Assembly (NCBI RefSeq): GCF_006345805.1
Contig: NW_021835502.1
Span: 1-39,826, forward strand
Origin: Octopus sinensis
Lineage: Eukaryota
Reading direction: 5' to 3'
Length of the DNA: 39,826 nucleotides
Part shown: positions 1 through 11,699 of the stretch, in pieces
Position numbering within the stretch: the stretch's first letter is position 1
Layout: the number at the start of each line of letters is the position of its first letter
Notes under the pieces: model-generated
The model's database searches: none
Seen by the model: only the letters and a program-made list of their open reading frames with translations
Told to the model about the DNA's origin: nothing
Made by a program: the position numbers and the translations under genes

Positions 1-84
1 ACATATGTGTATGCGTCCTGTGTACGTATGTATGCATGTATTCTATATGTGTATATATGTATGTATGTATGTATCTATATATAT

Positions 85-122
<38 letters not shown>

Positions 123-1039
123 TATTTTATTGCCGTCCTATTTTAACGATATATGTATATACTGTCATTTATAGTCTCTAATTAATTGTTGGTTCATTAA
201 TATTAATTATCATTGCAATACTTACTGGCTACAACATATTACTTCTGCGTGACTACCTAGTGAAACAAAAGATAAGGCACAGAAATGTCTAGAACCGAAT
301 TGAAAATACAACTGAACAAAATTATATTCACTCTTACAATAGCTATTCAATAGTTGGTCAATGGCTACCAACTGGTTATTCAATCTTTATCTATACAACA
401 TATTTAATGTTCATTTATTGTTGAGAAGCCAGACGTTGCAGTTTTCCATCTGGGAATTATCCCTTTATAGTCGTGTAAAAGACTATTCTTTTGGGCTAAC
501 TGGAACGATGTCGTCTCGGGAGCGACAGTTACATTGACGGATTTAGCGACTGTTTTTGCGACTTTTAAGTGTCACGTACTCGAGTCACTTCCGAAATGAG
601 ATCGAATCGGTCAATGTGAAGTATGCAGAGAGTATATAAACTATATACTGGTGTATAATGCCACCGCATGAGTGGCATAAAATTCGAATATGCAATAGAA
701 AAAGTTCCGGGATAAATTAATATCGCATACTTAACGTATTTGTATCGTTGAAAATCCAAATTGTAGATTTTCGTACGCGTGGAATCCTTTTATTTGACGT
801 ATTGTGTTAAAACACATGTTATACTTCAGAGCTAGGCCAAACGAAATCACCCCAGAAATGACTGCGAGAGCAACAGATAGGCATTTCACCGATTTTGCAG
901 TTTGTCAATGCTTGTGTCACTTACGAAACGAGATCGAATTAGCCAGTCTGGTGTACATGGGGATGAAAGAAGTAAATGATAAAATCTATGTACATACATA
1001 CTAACATACACACACACATACATACATACATGTCGGTAT

Positions 1040-1041
1040 GC

Positions 1042-1078
<37 letters not shown>

Positions 1079-1123
1079 TGTATGTATGCATGTATGTAAA
1101 TATGTATGTATGTATGTATGTAA

Positions 1124-1218
<95 letters not shown>

Positions 1219-1260
1219 TGTATGTATGTATGTATGTATGTATGTATGTATGTATGTATG
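1040..1260. repeat. (TATG)n microsatellite with periodic TAAA variants
   Basis: Direct reading; source of the spurious YIHT-repeat ORFs 886..1320 and 939..1295. Confidence 0.95.
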
Positions 1261-1592
1261 ACGGCTGACAACATGTGACCGAGGAAGGCCATCACTAACC
1301 ATTAAGAATACTGTGCACACAGAAAATTATACTTTACGCTTGTAGCTCAGCTGGTGACTAATGAGCCCAACCTTTAATAAACATATACGTCCGCAGATAT
1401 TGCTGACCAAGCTGTTCTCTCCCCCCCCCCCCACGTCGCCCACGCACACACAGACTCACCATTCACTTCATTGGTAGCTCACCTGCAAGCAAGCAGCTCG
1501 CTTGAATTATCTCTATATAGAGAGAGAGATAAATATATGCATATACAAATCTGTGCACGCTCGCATGCATACATACTATCTGGTATCTTTTA

Positions 1593-1801
1593 TTAGCACG
1601 CCGGACGAAATGCGTTGCCGTATTTCGTCTGCCGTTACGTTCTGAGTTCAAATTCCGCCGAGGTCGACTTTGCCTTTCATCCTTTCGAAGTCGATAAATT
1701 AAGTACCAGTTACGCACTGGAGTTCGATGTAATCGACTTAATTCGTTCGTCTGTCCTTGTTTGTCTCCTCTATGTTTAGCCCCTTGTGGGTAATAAAGAA
1801 A
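1593..1801 (+). mobile_element. SINE family A (tRNA-like head + Nin/Deu-like central domain + GAAATA tail), slightly 5'-truncated
   Basis: B-box GAGTTCAAATTCC, central GCCTTTCATCCTTTCG..GTCGATAAATTAAGTACCAG, tail CCCCTTGTGGGTAATAAAGAAA; near-identical to more than 10 other copies in the window. Confidence 0.9.
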
Positions 1802-1802
1802 C

Positions 1803-1965
1803 ATTTTATTTGCTTCGATCATTTGATTGCTGCCATGCTGGTGCACCGCCTTGAAGGGTTTTAGTCGAAGAAATTGAACCGAACCCAGGAATTATTTTGT
1901 TTTAAGCCTGGTACTTATTTTATCGACCCTCTTTTGTCAAGCGGTAGTGAAGGACAAACATACAC
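1803..1965 (-). mobile_element. SINE family B, degenerate 3' half
   Basis: Matches the 9260-9440 copy (CATTTGA.TGC.GCCATGCTGG.GCACCGCC...GTACTTATT.TATCG). Confidence 0.7.
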
Positions 1966-2539
1966 GATCACACATACACAGAGACACATAGACACACTCA
2001 TACGTACATAAAAGATACATATATATGTGCTTGTGCGTGTGTGTGAGTATGTAATATGCAAACACCCTGATACATACATCCAGGCATATGCATATACCAG
2101 ACTAGATACTCGCCAACATCAACAAGACCACAACAGCTACCACCACCACCATCACAGCCAACACCACCAGAGTACATCCCACCACACCACCATTATTTGC
2201 AGCTGAATCTTCAGTTTCAAAATGGCTGCCATCTCACAGTAATAAAGAGTCACACTTAATATCTAACAAAATGTTATAACCATATGTATGACGTCAACGT
2301 CATTAATCCGTATCGTTTCGCTGGTGTGGTGGTTGGTTGGTTGGTTAGGTGAAGGGGGAAAAAAGGAGGGGGAGAAAGGCAGAATGGAGTGCTGAATGGT
2401 TGGGTGGTGTGTGGAGTGAGTAAGCAAGCTAAATAGTGTGAGGGACAGACGGACGGAAAGGCAAGCGGAAGGCGTTGGGTGGAGGCGAGTGGCCACCATG
2501 TTTAATATGTTCTCCACAGAAATATATAGACATATGTGT

Positions 2540-2547
2540 GTCTGACC

Positions 2548-2586
<39 letters not shown>

Positions 2587-2595
2587 CACACACAC

Positions 2596-2632
<37 letters not shown>

Positions 2633-2790
2633 TATATATCTATATATATATATATATTATTAATATATATATATATATACATATATGTGTGTGCGTGTGT
2701 ATATATACATATATATATATGTATACACACACACACACACCACACACACATATATATATATATATACGTGTGTATGTATGTATGTGTGTG
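2540..2790. repeat. compound (TA)n/(CA)n/(TG)n microsatellite
   Basis: Direct reading. Confidence 0.9.
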
Positions 2791-3334
2791 TTTTGCAGTA
2801 TCATGAAGGTGATGTAAATGATGATGATGATGATGATGATGACAGCATCAACGACGACTGCGACGACTGATGATGACGATGATGCTGATGAAAAAATTAT
2901 GCTTTTGTTGTTGTTGTTGTTGTGGTGGTGGTGGTGGTGGTGGTGGTGGTGGTGGTGGTGGTGGTGGTGGTGGTGGTGGTCGCGGTAGATGACACTGCTG
3001 CTGCTATTTCTGCAATATTCTACACTCAAACCAACACCAAACATTGTCCTACACTTTTTAAACTCGTTAGCATAGCATTTGAGGGACATTTGACTTCTGT
3101 GTCTAGTAATGCTATCGAACATTTTCTAACCATATTTTGTCTTTTCAAAATTCTTATTACTGTTGTTGTTGTCGTCGTCGTTGTCGTTGTTGTTGTTGTT
3201 GTTGTTGTTGTTTCAAATTAGCCCCAGGTCAGGACTGTTTGAGTTGAAATACGATCAAAAACATCCCAGCAACGAAAATCTGTATTTTCATAAATCTACG
3301 CCTACATTAGCTATTGTAGCTCATCTGTTTTATC

Positions 3335-3451
3335 ATTATTATTATTATTATCATTATTAGTATCATTATTATTATTATTATTATATTATTATTATTATTA
3401 TTATATTATTATTATTATTATTATTATATTATTATTATCACATTATTATTA

Positions 3452-3483
<32 letters not shown>

Positions 3484-3528
3484 TATTATCATTATTATTA
3501 TTATTACTATTTATTATTATTATTATTA

Positions 3529-3580
<52 letters not shown>

Positions 3581-3690
3581 CATCATTATTATTATCATTA
3601 TTATTATTATTATTATTATTATATTATTATCATTATTATTATTATTATCACTATTATTATTATTATCATCATTATTATTATTATTTAGAC
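3335..3690. repeat. long imperfect (ATT)n microsatellite
   Basis: Direct reading. Confidence 0.95.
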
Positions 3691-4044
3691 GAAAGGTTGG
3701 GGTTTGAATTCTCTTTCTAACAGATTGATTGACAAGGCTCTGCGGTTGCCCTCATTCATATATTTTTGCTTTTATTGCTGTTTCCTTTATTACAATAATT
3801 ACTGTTTTTTTTTTTGTTACCAAGGTTATTAGTGTTGCTGTTATTGTTGTTGTTGTTGTTGTTGTTGTTGTTATTGTTGTCATTGGACTATCTTCTGTTG
3901 ATGCAATTGTTGTTGTTCTTGTTACTGTTGTTTTTGCTGTTACCAATGGTGACTCCGTTCGGTTGTATTTTTTGTTTGTTTTGCATGGAGTTTTTTTTTT
4001 TGTTATTTGCTATAGCTGTCTTAGATTAGTAGAAGCACAACACT

Positions 4045-4222
4045 TAATGGTTATGGTGTTGTGATGGTCATGATTTACGATCGCAAGATTGTAGTTTCGA
4101 TTTCTGGAGCAGCGGGTGCGTTATGTTCTTGAGCAAAGTATTTCATTTCACGTTGCCCCTGTCCCATCAATGAACATAAGTGAGTAATCTTCTGATGGAA
4201 TGGTGTACCGTCCAGGGAGGAA

Positions 4223-4260
<38 letters not shown>

Positions 4261-4305
4261 ATGCCAGTAAATCCGGGAAACTGGCCTTACTTCCACCTTA
4301 AGGTA
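4045..4305 (+). mobile_element. degenerate tRNA-derived SINE with V-domain-like body and internal (TA)n
   Basis: B-box-like GTTTCGATTTC followed by TTCTTGAGCAAAG and CTGATGGAATGGTGTACCGTCCAGGG, resembling V-SINE central motifs from recall; a related fragment lies at about 6490-6595. Confidence 0.45.
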
Positions 4306-4499
4306 TACGTTCACTGGATAAAAACCTGAGGACTTCAAAAATCGAGGGGGTTTAATTGCAATCTATCTATACTGCGGTTTGCACTCAAATAAATACTATA
4401 GGGCCCATTTCTTTGATTTGCCCGGGGGCTTATAATGCTACTAAGATTGCCCTGATTGTTGTTGTCAGTGCAGTTGGTATTTCTGCTATTGACAAGGGG

Positions 4500-4922
4500 T
4501 TAGCTGGTTGGGGTCGTTAGCATACCGGGTAAAATGCTTAGCAGAATTTCGTCCTTCTGAACGTTCTGAGTTCAAATCCCACTGAGGTTGACTTTGTCTT
4601 TCAAATTCCGCCGAGGTCGACTTTGCCTTTCATCCTTTCGGGGTCGATAAATAAAGTACCAGTTACGCACCGGGGTCGATGTAATCGACTTAATTCCTTT
4701 GTCTGTCCTTGTTTGTCCCCTGTGTGTTTAGCCATTTGTGGGTAGTAAAGAAATAGGTATTTCGTCTGCCGTTACGTTCTGAGTTCAAATTCCGCCTAGG
4801 TCGACTTTGCCTTTCATCCTTTCGGGTCGATAAAATAAGTACCAGTACATCGCTGGGGTCGATCTAATAAACTTGCCTCCCCCACCCCCGAAATTACTGG
4901 CCTTGTGCCAAACTTTGAAACC
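4500..4922 (+). mobile_element. composite SINE A: old-type head, young-type body ending GAAATA (4750-4755), then a second body with old-type tail
   Basis: Junction GAAATA|GGTATTTCGTC at 4755/4756; final tail CCCCGAAATTACTGGCCTTGTGCCAAACTTTGAAACC. Confidence 0.85.
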
Positions 4923-5614
4923 GTTATTACTGCTATTGGGGTTGTTGTCGATTGTCCAAGTGTTGTTAATATTGCTCTACTCAGTATTGTTGTACTTTTT
5001 GTTGTTGTTGTTGTCACGATTGTTCTTCCGGTCGTTCGTGCTAATACTGTCGTTGTCATCCTTGGTACTATCGTTGTTGTTGTTGTTGTTATTGTAGTTG
5101 TTGCCATTGTTTTTGTTGTTGTTGTTGTTATCGATAATACCGTACTTGTCGTTGTGATTGTTTTTGTTGTTGTTGTTGTTGTGCTTGGTATGATTTACTA
5201 CTATGCTGATTAAGGACACTTAAAACACAGCCGTAGTCACACAACGAGTAATTGGATATCACCAGACAGTATAAAACACACACACACATACACACATACA
5301 CACACACACACATATATATATATATGCACACACACACACACACTCACACGTTCACACATTCACACGCACACACAAATAGTCATAAGCATATTCGCACACA
5401 TCACAAACACAAGTCCAGTACAGGACACATATACGACAAAAATCGCGAGTACTTTAAACAGAGCAGATCTCTATCTCACAATACAGGCCACAGAAATAAA
5501 CAAATACACACACACATACAAAGACATACACATACACACACACACAAACACACACACACGGACAAACGCGCGCGCGCGCAAGCCCGGAACAAACGTTATA
5601 GATAATCAAACACA

Positions 5615-6010
5615 TATGGCTAGGCTGTATGGTTAAGAAGGTAAATTTTCAACCTCGTGGTTTCGGGTTCAGGCATCCTTCAGTGCGGCACACTGCGCAC
5701 AGGTCTTCTACTATAGCCATAGGCCGACCAATGCCATGTGAAAGAAAGTCTGGTACAGGGGAAGTAAAGAGAACGTAAAAGAAATATATGTCTACGAGAG
5801 AGTGTCTTTCTGTCTGTGTCCCCACTCACACTCACACTCACACAACCCGCTTGACAGCAGGTGTTGGTTTGTTTACGTATCAGTAAAGGAGAGCGCTAGA
5901 GTAACTACCAGGCATTAAAAAAATATGCAGCGGGGTCGATTTGTACGATTATAACCCTTCAAAGTTGTGCCCCAGCATGGCTACAGTATTGTGACTGAAA
6001 TAAATGAAAG
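5615..6010 (+). mobile_element. SINE family B, degenerate near-full-length copy
   Basis: tRNA-like head (GGGTTCAGG), GTCTTCTACTATAGCC...GGCCGACCAATGCC body, tail CAGCATGGCTACAG..TGACTGAAATAAATGAAAG. Confidence 0.65.
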
Positions 6011-6021
6011 TACCAGTTACG

Positions 6022-6314
6022 ATAAATAAAGTACCAGTTACGCACTGGGGTCGATGTAATCGACTTGATCCGTTTGTCTGTCCTTGTTTGTCCTCTCTGT
6101 GTTTAGCCCCTTGTGGGTAGTAAAGAAATAGGTATTTCATCTGCCGTTACGTTCTGAGTTCAAATTCCGCCGAGGTCGACTTTGCCTTTCATCCTTTCGG
6201 GGTCGATAAATTAAGTACCAGTTACGTACTGGGGTCGATGTAATCGACTTAATGCCTTTGTCTGTCCTTATTTGTCCCCTCTATGTTTAGCCCCTTGTGG
6301 GCAATAAAGGAATA
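6022..6314 (+). mobile_element. SINE A dimer (5'-truncated monomer + headless monomer)
   Basis: Junction GAAATA|GGTATTTC at 6130/6131. Confidence 0.9.
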
Positions 6315-6596
6315 TATAAGTAGACGATGTTGGAAAGTCTAGCAGTTTCGGGATTTGAATTCAGGATGCAGAGAAGCGGAACAGATACTAGCGCAAGGCA
6401 TCTCAGCCTAATTTCTAACGTTCCACATATCCATTGTTCTGTACAATGTTCTGTACATATCCATTGTTCTGTACTATTATTTATATAGCTGTAAATGGAT
6501 AACCCTGCGATAGGCTAGCGTTCCGTCAGAGGGGAAATGTTGGCTTACTCATCTTGCCAATGGTGTAGTATCATTCGAAAGCTATAACAAAGCGAA

Positions 6597-7256
6597 GAGC
6601 TGCTAGAAACGTTAAGCACGCTGGGCGAAATGCGTAGCCGTATTTCGTCTGTCGTTACGTTCCTAGTTCAAACTCCGCCGAGGTCGACTTTGCCTTTCAT
6701 CCTTTCGGGGTCGATAAATTAAGTACCAATTACGCACTGGGGTCGATGTAATCGACTTAATCCGTTTGTCTGTCCTTGTTTGTCCCCTCTATATTTAGCC
6801 CCTTGTGGGCAGTAAAGAAATAAGAAACGTTAGCACGCCGGGCGAAATGCGTAGCCGTATTTCGTCTGTCGTTACGTTCCTAGTTCAAATTCCGCCGAGG
6901 TCGACTTTGCCTTTCATCCTTTCGGAGTCGATAAATAAAGTACCAGTTACGCACTGGGGTCGATGTAATTGACTTAATCCGTTTGTCTGTCCTTGTTTGT
7001 CCCCTCTATATTTAGCCCCTTGTGGGCAGTAAAGAAATAAGAAACGTTAGCACGCCGGGCGAAATGCGTAGCCGTATTTCGTCTGTCGTTACCTTCCTAG
7101 TTCAAATTCCGCCGAGGTCGACTTTGCCTTTCATCCTTTCGGGGTCGATAAAATAAGTACCAGTTACACACTGGGGTCGATGTAATCGACTTAATCCCTT
7201 TGTCTATCCTTGTTTGTCACCTGTGTGTTTAGCCCCTTGTGGGTAGTAAAGAAATA
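6597..7256 (+). mobile_element. SINE A head-to-tail trimer (units about 6605-6822, 6823-7039, 7040-7256; 217-218 bp)
   Basis: Three near-identical units joined at GAAATA|AGAAACGTTAGC; all share the variant CCTAGTTCAAA. Confidence 0.95.
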
Positions 7257-7457
7257 TATAATAAAGCGAGGAATCAGTGAATTCCTTCCCATACACTACT
7301 CTGAGTTTCCCGGCAAGCCATGGATATAAAGTTATCTTATTTTTATTTGGAAATCAACACATGTGCCATCGTTTATAGCTCTTGCTTGAAGCCAGTACAA
7401 GAAAAACAACCGCACTGGCTTACTGGAAAATCCCGAGTATTCTGTATATAATTTCTA

Positions 7458-8023
7458 TTGGGATGTCCTGAAAGTTCGTGCCGATTTATAGTAGCTTACA
7501 TTTCGACTTATTTTAGAACATGGTTGAGTCCATAAAAGAGGATTTGACTGCACCTCCATTTAGAGCACACTTTAAGCAATCTTATCGTGGAAGGAGGTTT
7601 ATGTTCCTATAACCTGTATTAATTCTGTAACCTTTTAAAATGGAAGATAAGAAAGTTCATTTTCGGCACTTGTTGCTTTGGGAACCAGACAAAAATTGCT
7701 GCAGCTCGGCTGGGATGTGTTACCTCACCCTCCATATTCACCAGATGTTGCTCCTTTGGATTTCCACTTATTCAGTTCTCTGCAGAATAGTCTTAAGGGT
7801 AAAAATTCCAATTCCTTGGATGACGTATAAAGATACCTTGATGAAATCTTTGCCATGAAACCACCTCAATTCTGGGAAGAGGGTATTTTCAAGTTAAAGG
7901 AAAGAGGGAGACGCATTGTGCAACAAAATGGTTCATATTTGGTTGATTAAAAATGTAATGACAAGTATTTATTGACCTTTTTCTTTCCTTTAAAAATCGG
8001 CATGAACTTTCCGGACAGCCCAA
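7458..8023 (+). mobile_element. internally deleted mariner (Tc1/mariner) element, non-autonomous
   Basis: TIRs TTGGGATGTCCTGAAAGTTCGTGCCGATTT / AAATCGGCATGAACTTTCCGGACAGCCCAA with TA on both sides; transposase N-terminus MEDKKVHFRHLLLWE (7640-7684) fused out of frame to the C-terminus RQKLLQLGWDVLPHPPYSPDVAPLDFHLF...NGSYLVD* (7687-7950). Confidence 0.95.
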
Positions 8024-9259
8024 TATATTTGAAAAGTATATTAACTACATTCCTCTACTTTAATTAAGTTGAGGTTTACTTTCTTTGTTGTGACACACAT
8101 GTCTAATTGATATGCATATGTGCACATATGTATTGTTTTTGTGTGTCTGTGTTTGCCTGTTTGTGTGCGTGAGTATGTGTGTCTATGTAAGTATGTATGT
8201 TTATAGATATTTATACACACACACATGGGTGTATTTGTGTGTGTATGTATGTGTGTTGTTTGTGTAAACGTGAACAAAATATATGCATAAATAATTTCGT
8301 ACAATCCCAACATTCTGTTTTTTTTAATTCCATTCCATTATCCACCATATGGCGTTCCACACACACGCACACGCACATATGGACACGTACACACACACAC
8401 ACATATACATACACACGCATACGTGTGCAAACGCTAGCACACACGCATACGCATACACGCACACGTGCGCACACAGCGAACCAGACATAGCTATACACTC
8501 GATTACACATAAGCCACCGACAACCATCACCGCCCTCGCTGTACCATTAACCTTCACGTCATAAAAGATGGCGGCCGAGTGTTAATTTCTGTTTAACTCC
8601 AAACCAATGGAACCTGTCAATCGTTTTCGTCGATCAATTGACATTTTCAGAAGCAATAAGAATGGAAATCCTTCTGGTGTTATTCTCATAGGAAATTTCT
8701 TGCTTTAAGCTAAACTTTAAACTCGAAACCAACCGACCGGAAGCAGCGTTCTAAACATTTCTGGAAAGGAAGCAAGCAGTTGTAATAAACAAAGAAAATG
8801 ACAAAAAGATCTTATTTCTATCGTATTTCTATCTTTTATTTATTTACTATTCATTTTTATTTACTTTGTTTGCTCAGAAGAAATATAGAACGCAGCAGAC
8901 GACTATTGCTGGTGCGGTAGTGCAAATGGCGCTCTAGATAATTGCCTTTGTTGTTGTTGCTGTTTACGTGACGGTAATGGCGATAGTGATACTGGTTGCT
9001 GTTGATTACATGCCATCTATTTAGAAAAGACAGGGTAGAATTGAATGGAATGGTATGGCTCGGTAATGGTAAGGAATGTTTGTTAAAGAGAAACGCTGAT
9101 AACAAGGGAATTCGCATGGTTTCTTTCCACTTACTTCTCTCTTTCTATGTGGTATATAAATGTGTGTGTGTATGCGTACATGCGTACGCGTATATGTATA
9201 TAAATATACATATGTATGTATGTATGTATGTAGTATGTATGTATGTATGTATGTATGTA

Positions 9260-9477
9260 TACTCTTTACTCTTTTACTCTTTTACTTGTTTCAGTCATTT
9301 GACTGCGGCCATGCTGGAGCACCGCCTTTAGTCGATCAAATCGACCCCGTGACTTATTCTTTGTAAGCCCAGTACTTATTCTATCGGTCTCTTTTGCCGA
9401 ACCGCTAAGTGACGGGGACGTAAACACACCAGCATCGGTTGTCAAGCAATGCTAGGGGGACAAACACAGACGCACAA

Positions 9478-9508
<31 letters not shown>

Positions 9509-9641
9509 CATATATACGACGGGCTTCTTTCAGTTTCCGTCTACCAAATCCACTCACAAGGCATTGGTCGGCCCGGGGCTATAGCAGAAGACACTTGCCG
9601 AAGATGCCACGCAGTGGGACTGAACCCGCAACCATGTGGGT
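9260..9641 (-). mobile_element. SINE family B (tRNA head, CORE-like segment, internal TA/TG microsatellite, TGACTGAAACAAGTAAAAGAG tail)
   Basis: Minus strand reads GCGGGTTCAGTCCCACTGCGTGGC...GGCAAGTGTCTTCTGCTATAGCC...; tail ends in (GTAAAAGA)n-like repeats. Confidence 0.85.
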
Positions 9642-9735
9642 ATGTATGTATGTATGTACGTATATATGTATGTATGTATGTATGTATATATGTATGTATG
9701 ATGTATGTACGTATATATGTATGTATGTATGTATG

Positions 9736-9769
<34 letters not shown>

Positions 9770-9836
9770 TGTATGTATGTATGTGTGTATGTATGTGTGT
9801 ATGTATGTATGTATGTATGTATGCATGTATGTATGT
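9642..9836. repeat. (TATG)n microsatellite
   Basis: Direct reading. Confidence 0.95.
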
Positions 9837-9983
9837 AGGTGAAAAGAAGTGTATTTTCATACAGGAAAAAATATAGAATTTAATTTGGGGTTCGAAAATG
9901 GATTTACTAAAATCTACACGTTTTTCAAATTCAGGTGCATTTTCAAACCCCAAAACAAATTCTCCTATACAAACACACACACA

Positions 9984-10019
<36 letters not shown>

Positions 10020-10041
10020 TTGATGTGTATATATATATATA

Positions 10042-10272
10042 TATTTCTTTACTACCCACAAGGGGCTAAACATAGAAAGGACAAACAAGGACAAACGGAT
10101 TAAGTCGATTACATCGACCCCAGTGCGTAAATGGTACTTTATTTAAACGACCCCGAAAGGATGAAAGGCAAAGTCGACTTCGGCGGAGTTTGAACTCAGA
10201 ACGTAGCGGCAGACGAAATACGGCTACGCATTTCGCCCGGCGTGCTAACGTTTCTGCCAGCTCGCCGCCTTT
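10042..10272 (-). mobile_element. SINE A, full-length monomer in a (TA)n tract
   Basis: Head AAGGCGGCGAGCTGGCAGAAACG with A-box, B-box GAGTTCAAACTCC, complete GAAATA tail. Confidence 0.92.
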
Positions 10273-10360
10273 ATATATATATATACGATCTAGTGGACAA
10301 ACGAAAGAAGGGTACTCAACCAATTCATTGGGTGTTACATGTATGGATCAAAGCAGTTTC

Positions 10361-10481
10361 ATTCAAAATTCGTTGGTACTCTTGAGTTTCAAGAGCAATG
10401 CTACTCGTCAGCCATTCTGAATTTTAAACGGCTGACGAGGAGCATCGTGCTTGAAACTCAAGACTCCCAACTAATTTGAAT
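10361..10481. repeat. long inverted repeat / foldback (MITE-like)
   Basis: 34-bp core arms 10380-10413 and 10430-10463 with 4 mismatches and a 16-nt loop; imperfect pairing extends about 19 bp further out. Confidence 0.85.
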
Positions 10482-10551
10482 AGATCCTAGTACTTATTTT
10501 ATCGTTCTCTTTTCTAGAACTAACTTACAGGCCCATAAACACACCAGTACC

Positions 10552-10783
10552 TATTTCTTTATTACCCACAAGGGGCTAAACACAGAGCGGACAAACAAGG
10601 ACAGACATAGGTATTAAGTCGATTACATCGACCCCAGTGCGTAACTGGTACTTAATTTATCGACCCCGAAAGGATGAAAGGCAAAGTCGACCTCGGCGGA
10701 ATTTGAACTCACAACGTAACGCAGATGAAATACCGCTAAGCATTTCGCCCGGCGTGCTAACGTTTCTGCCAGCTCGCCACCTT
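10552..10783 (-). mobile_element. SINE A, full-length, inserted in a SINE B fragment with 5-bp TSD GTACC
   Basis: GTACC at 10547-10551 and 10784-10788; the flanks rejoin as AAACACACCAGTACCGGTTGTCAA, matching the family B body at about 9421-9445. Confidence 0.9.
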
Positions 10784-10862
10784 GTACCGGTTGTCAAATA
10801 GTAGAGAGAGAAAGACTAGCACCAATACACGCACACACATACACATAAGTATGTAGATATAT

Positions 10863-11187
10863 GTGAGAAAGCAGATCAACCCCCGACACCGAGAGCATCG
10901 ACGGCTGGATGAATGCGCATCCAGGGTCAGCGGTTGCGTAGGAAGCTGGGGATAAAAAAATAGGAAGAAAGAGTGAGAAAAAGTTGGAGCGAAAGAATAC
11001 AACAGGGGTCGCCATCACCCCCTGCCGGAGCTTCGTGGAGCTTTAGGTGTTTTCGCTCCATAAACACACACAACGCCCGGTCTGGGAATCGAAACCGCGT
11101 TCCTCCGACCGCGAGTCCGCTGCCCTAACCATTGGGCTAACCATTGGGCTAACCATTGGGCTAACCATTGGGCCATTGCGCCTCCAC
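10863..11187 (-). mobile_element. SINE family C (tRNA head GTGGAGGCGCAATGGCCC...), tail type 1, with 4x duplicated A-box segment
   Basis: B-box GGTTTCGATTCCC; body GAGCGAAAACACCTAAAGCTCCACG shared with the 15466 and 21437 copies; CTAACCATTGGG x4 at 11125-11172. Confidence 0.85.
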
Positions 11188-11699
11188 GCTGCTGCTGGTT
11201 GTGGTGGCGGTGATGCCGATGAAGTTACCTATAGTATGTAACCTCAGCTGCGTCGGCGGCGACGACGGGAGTAACGACAATGGTTATGAAGGGAGTGCTG
11301 ATGGTTGTGGTGATGGTGGTACCGGCGCCAGCGAGAGTGGTGGTGGCGATAATGCTGGTGTTGATAAGTCTGAAGTCTGTAATGGCGATAGGAGTGGCGT
11401 TGTTGACGGTGAAGTGGCAGTAGGAGGTAGAGATAAGTATGGTTGTAGTGGTTGTGGTGGTGATGGTGGAGGTAATAGTGATGGTGGTGAACGGTGGTTG
11501 TCTTGTCATGATGATGGTTAAATTTGATTGTGTTACTGATGGTTGTTATGGTGATGCCATTTATGAAAGTGATAGTGGTGGTGGTGGTGGTGGTCGATAT
11601 GGTGGTTTGAATGGTTTTATTGTTGATGATGGTGGCGGAGGTGATGGTTATCTTACAGGTCGTTGTAGTGGTGGTTATATTGGTGGTGTTGTTGACTTT

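Noticed and set aside
1455-1490. 23-nt minus-strand micro-exon between CAG and GTGAGT
   Set aside because: Stop codons in all three frames and a weak pyrimidine tract.
4345-4452. Possible hAT/MITE terminus (CAGGGC.. on the minus strand)
   Set aside because: A single end with no partner TIR or TSD found.
6597-7256. CRISPR-like array or tRNA gene cluster
   Set aside because: Units are 217-bp whole SINEs with no unique spacers; the tRNA-like heads lack a complete cloverleaf and terminator.
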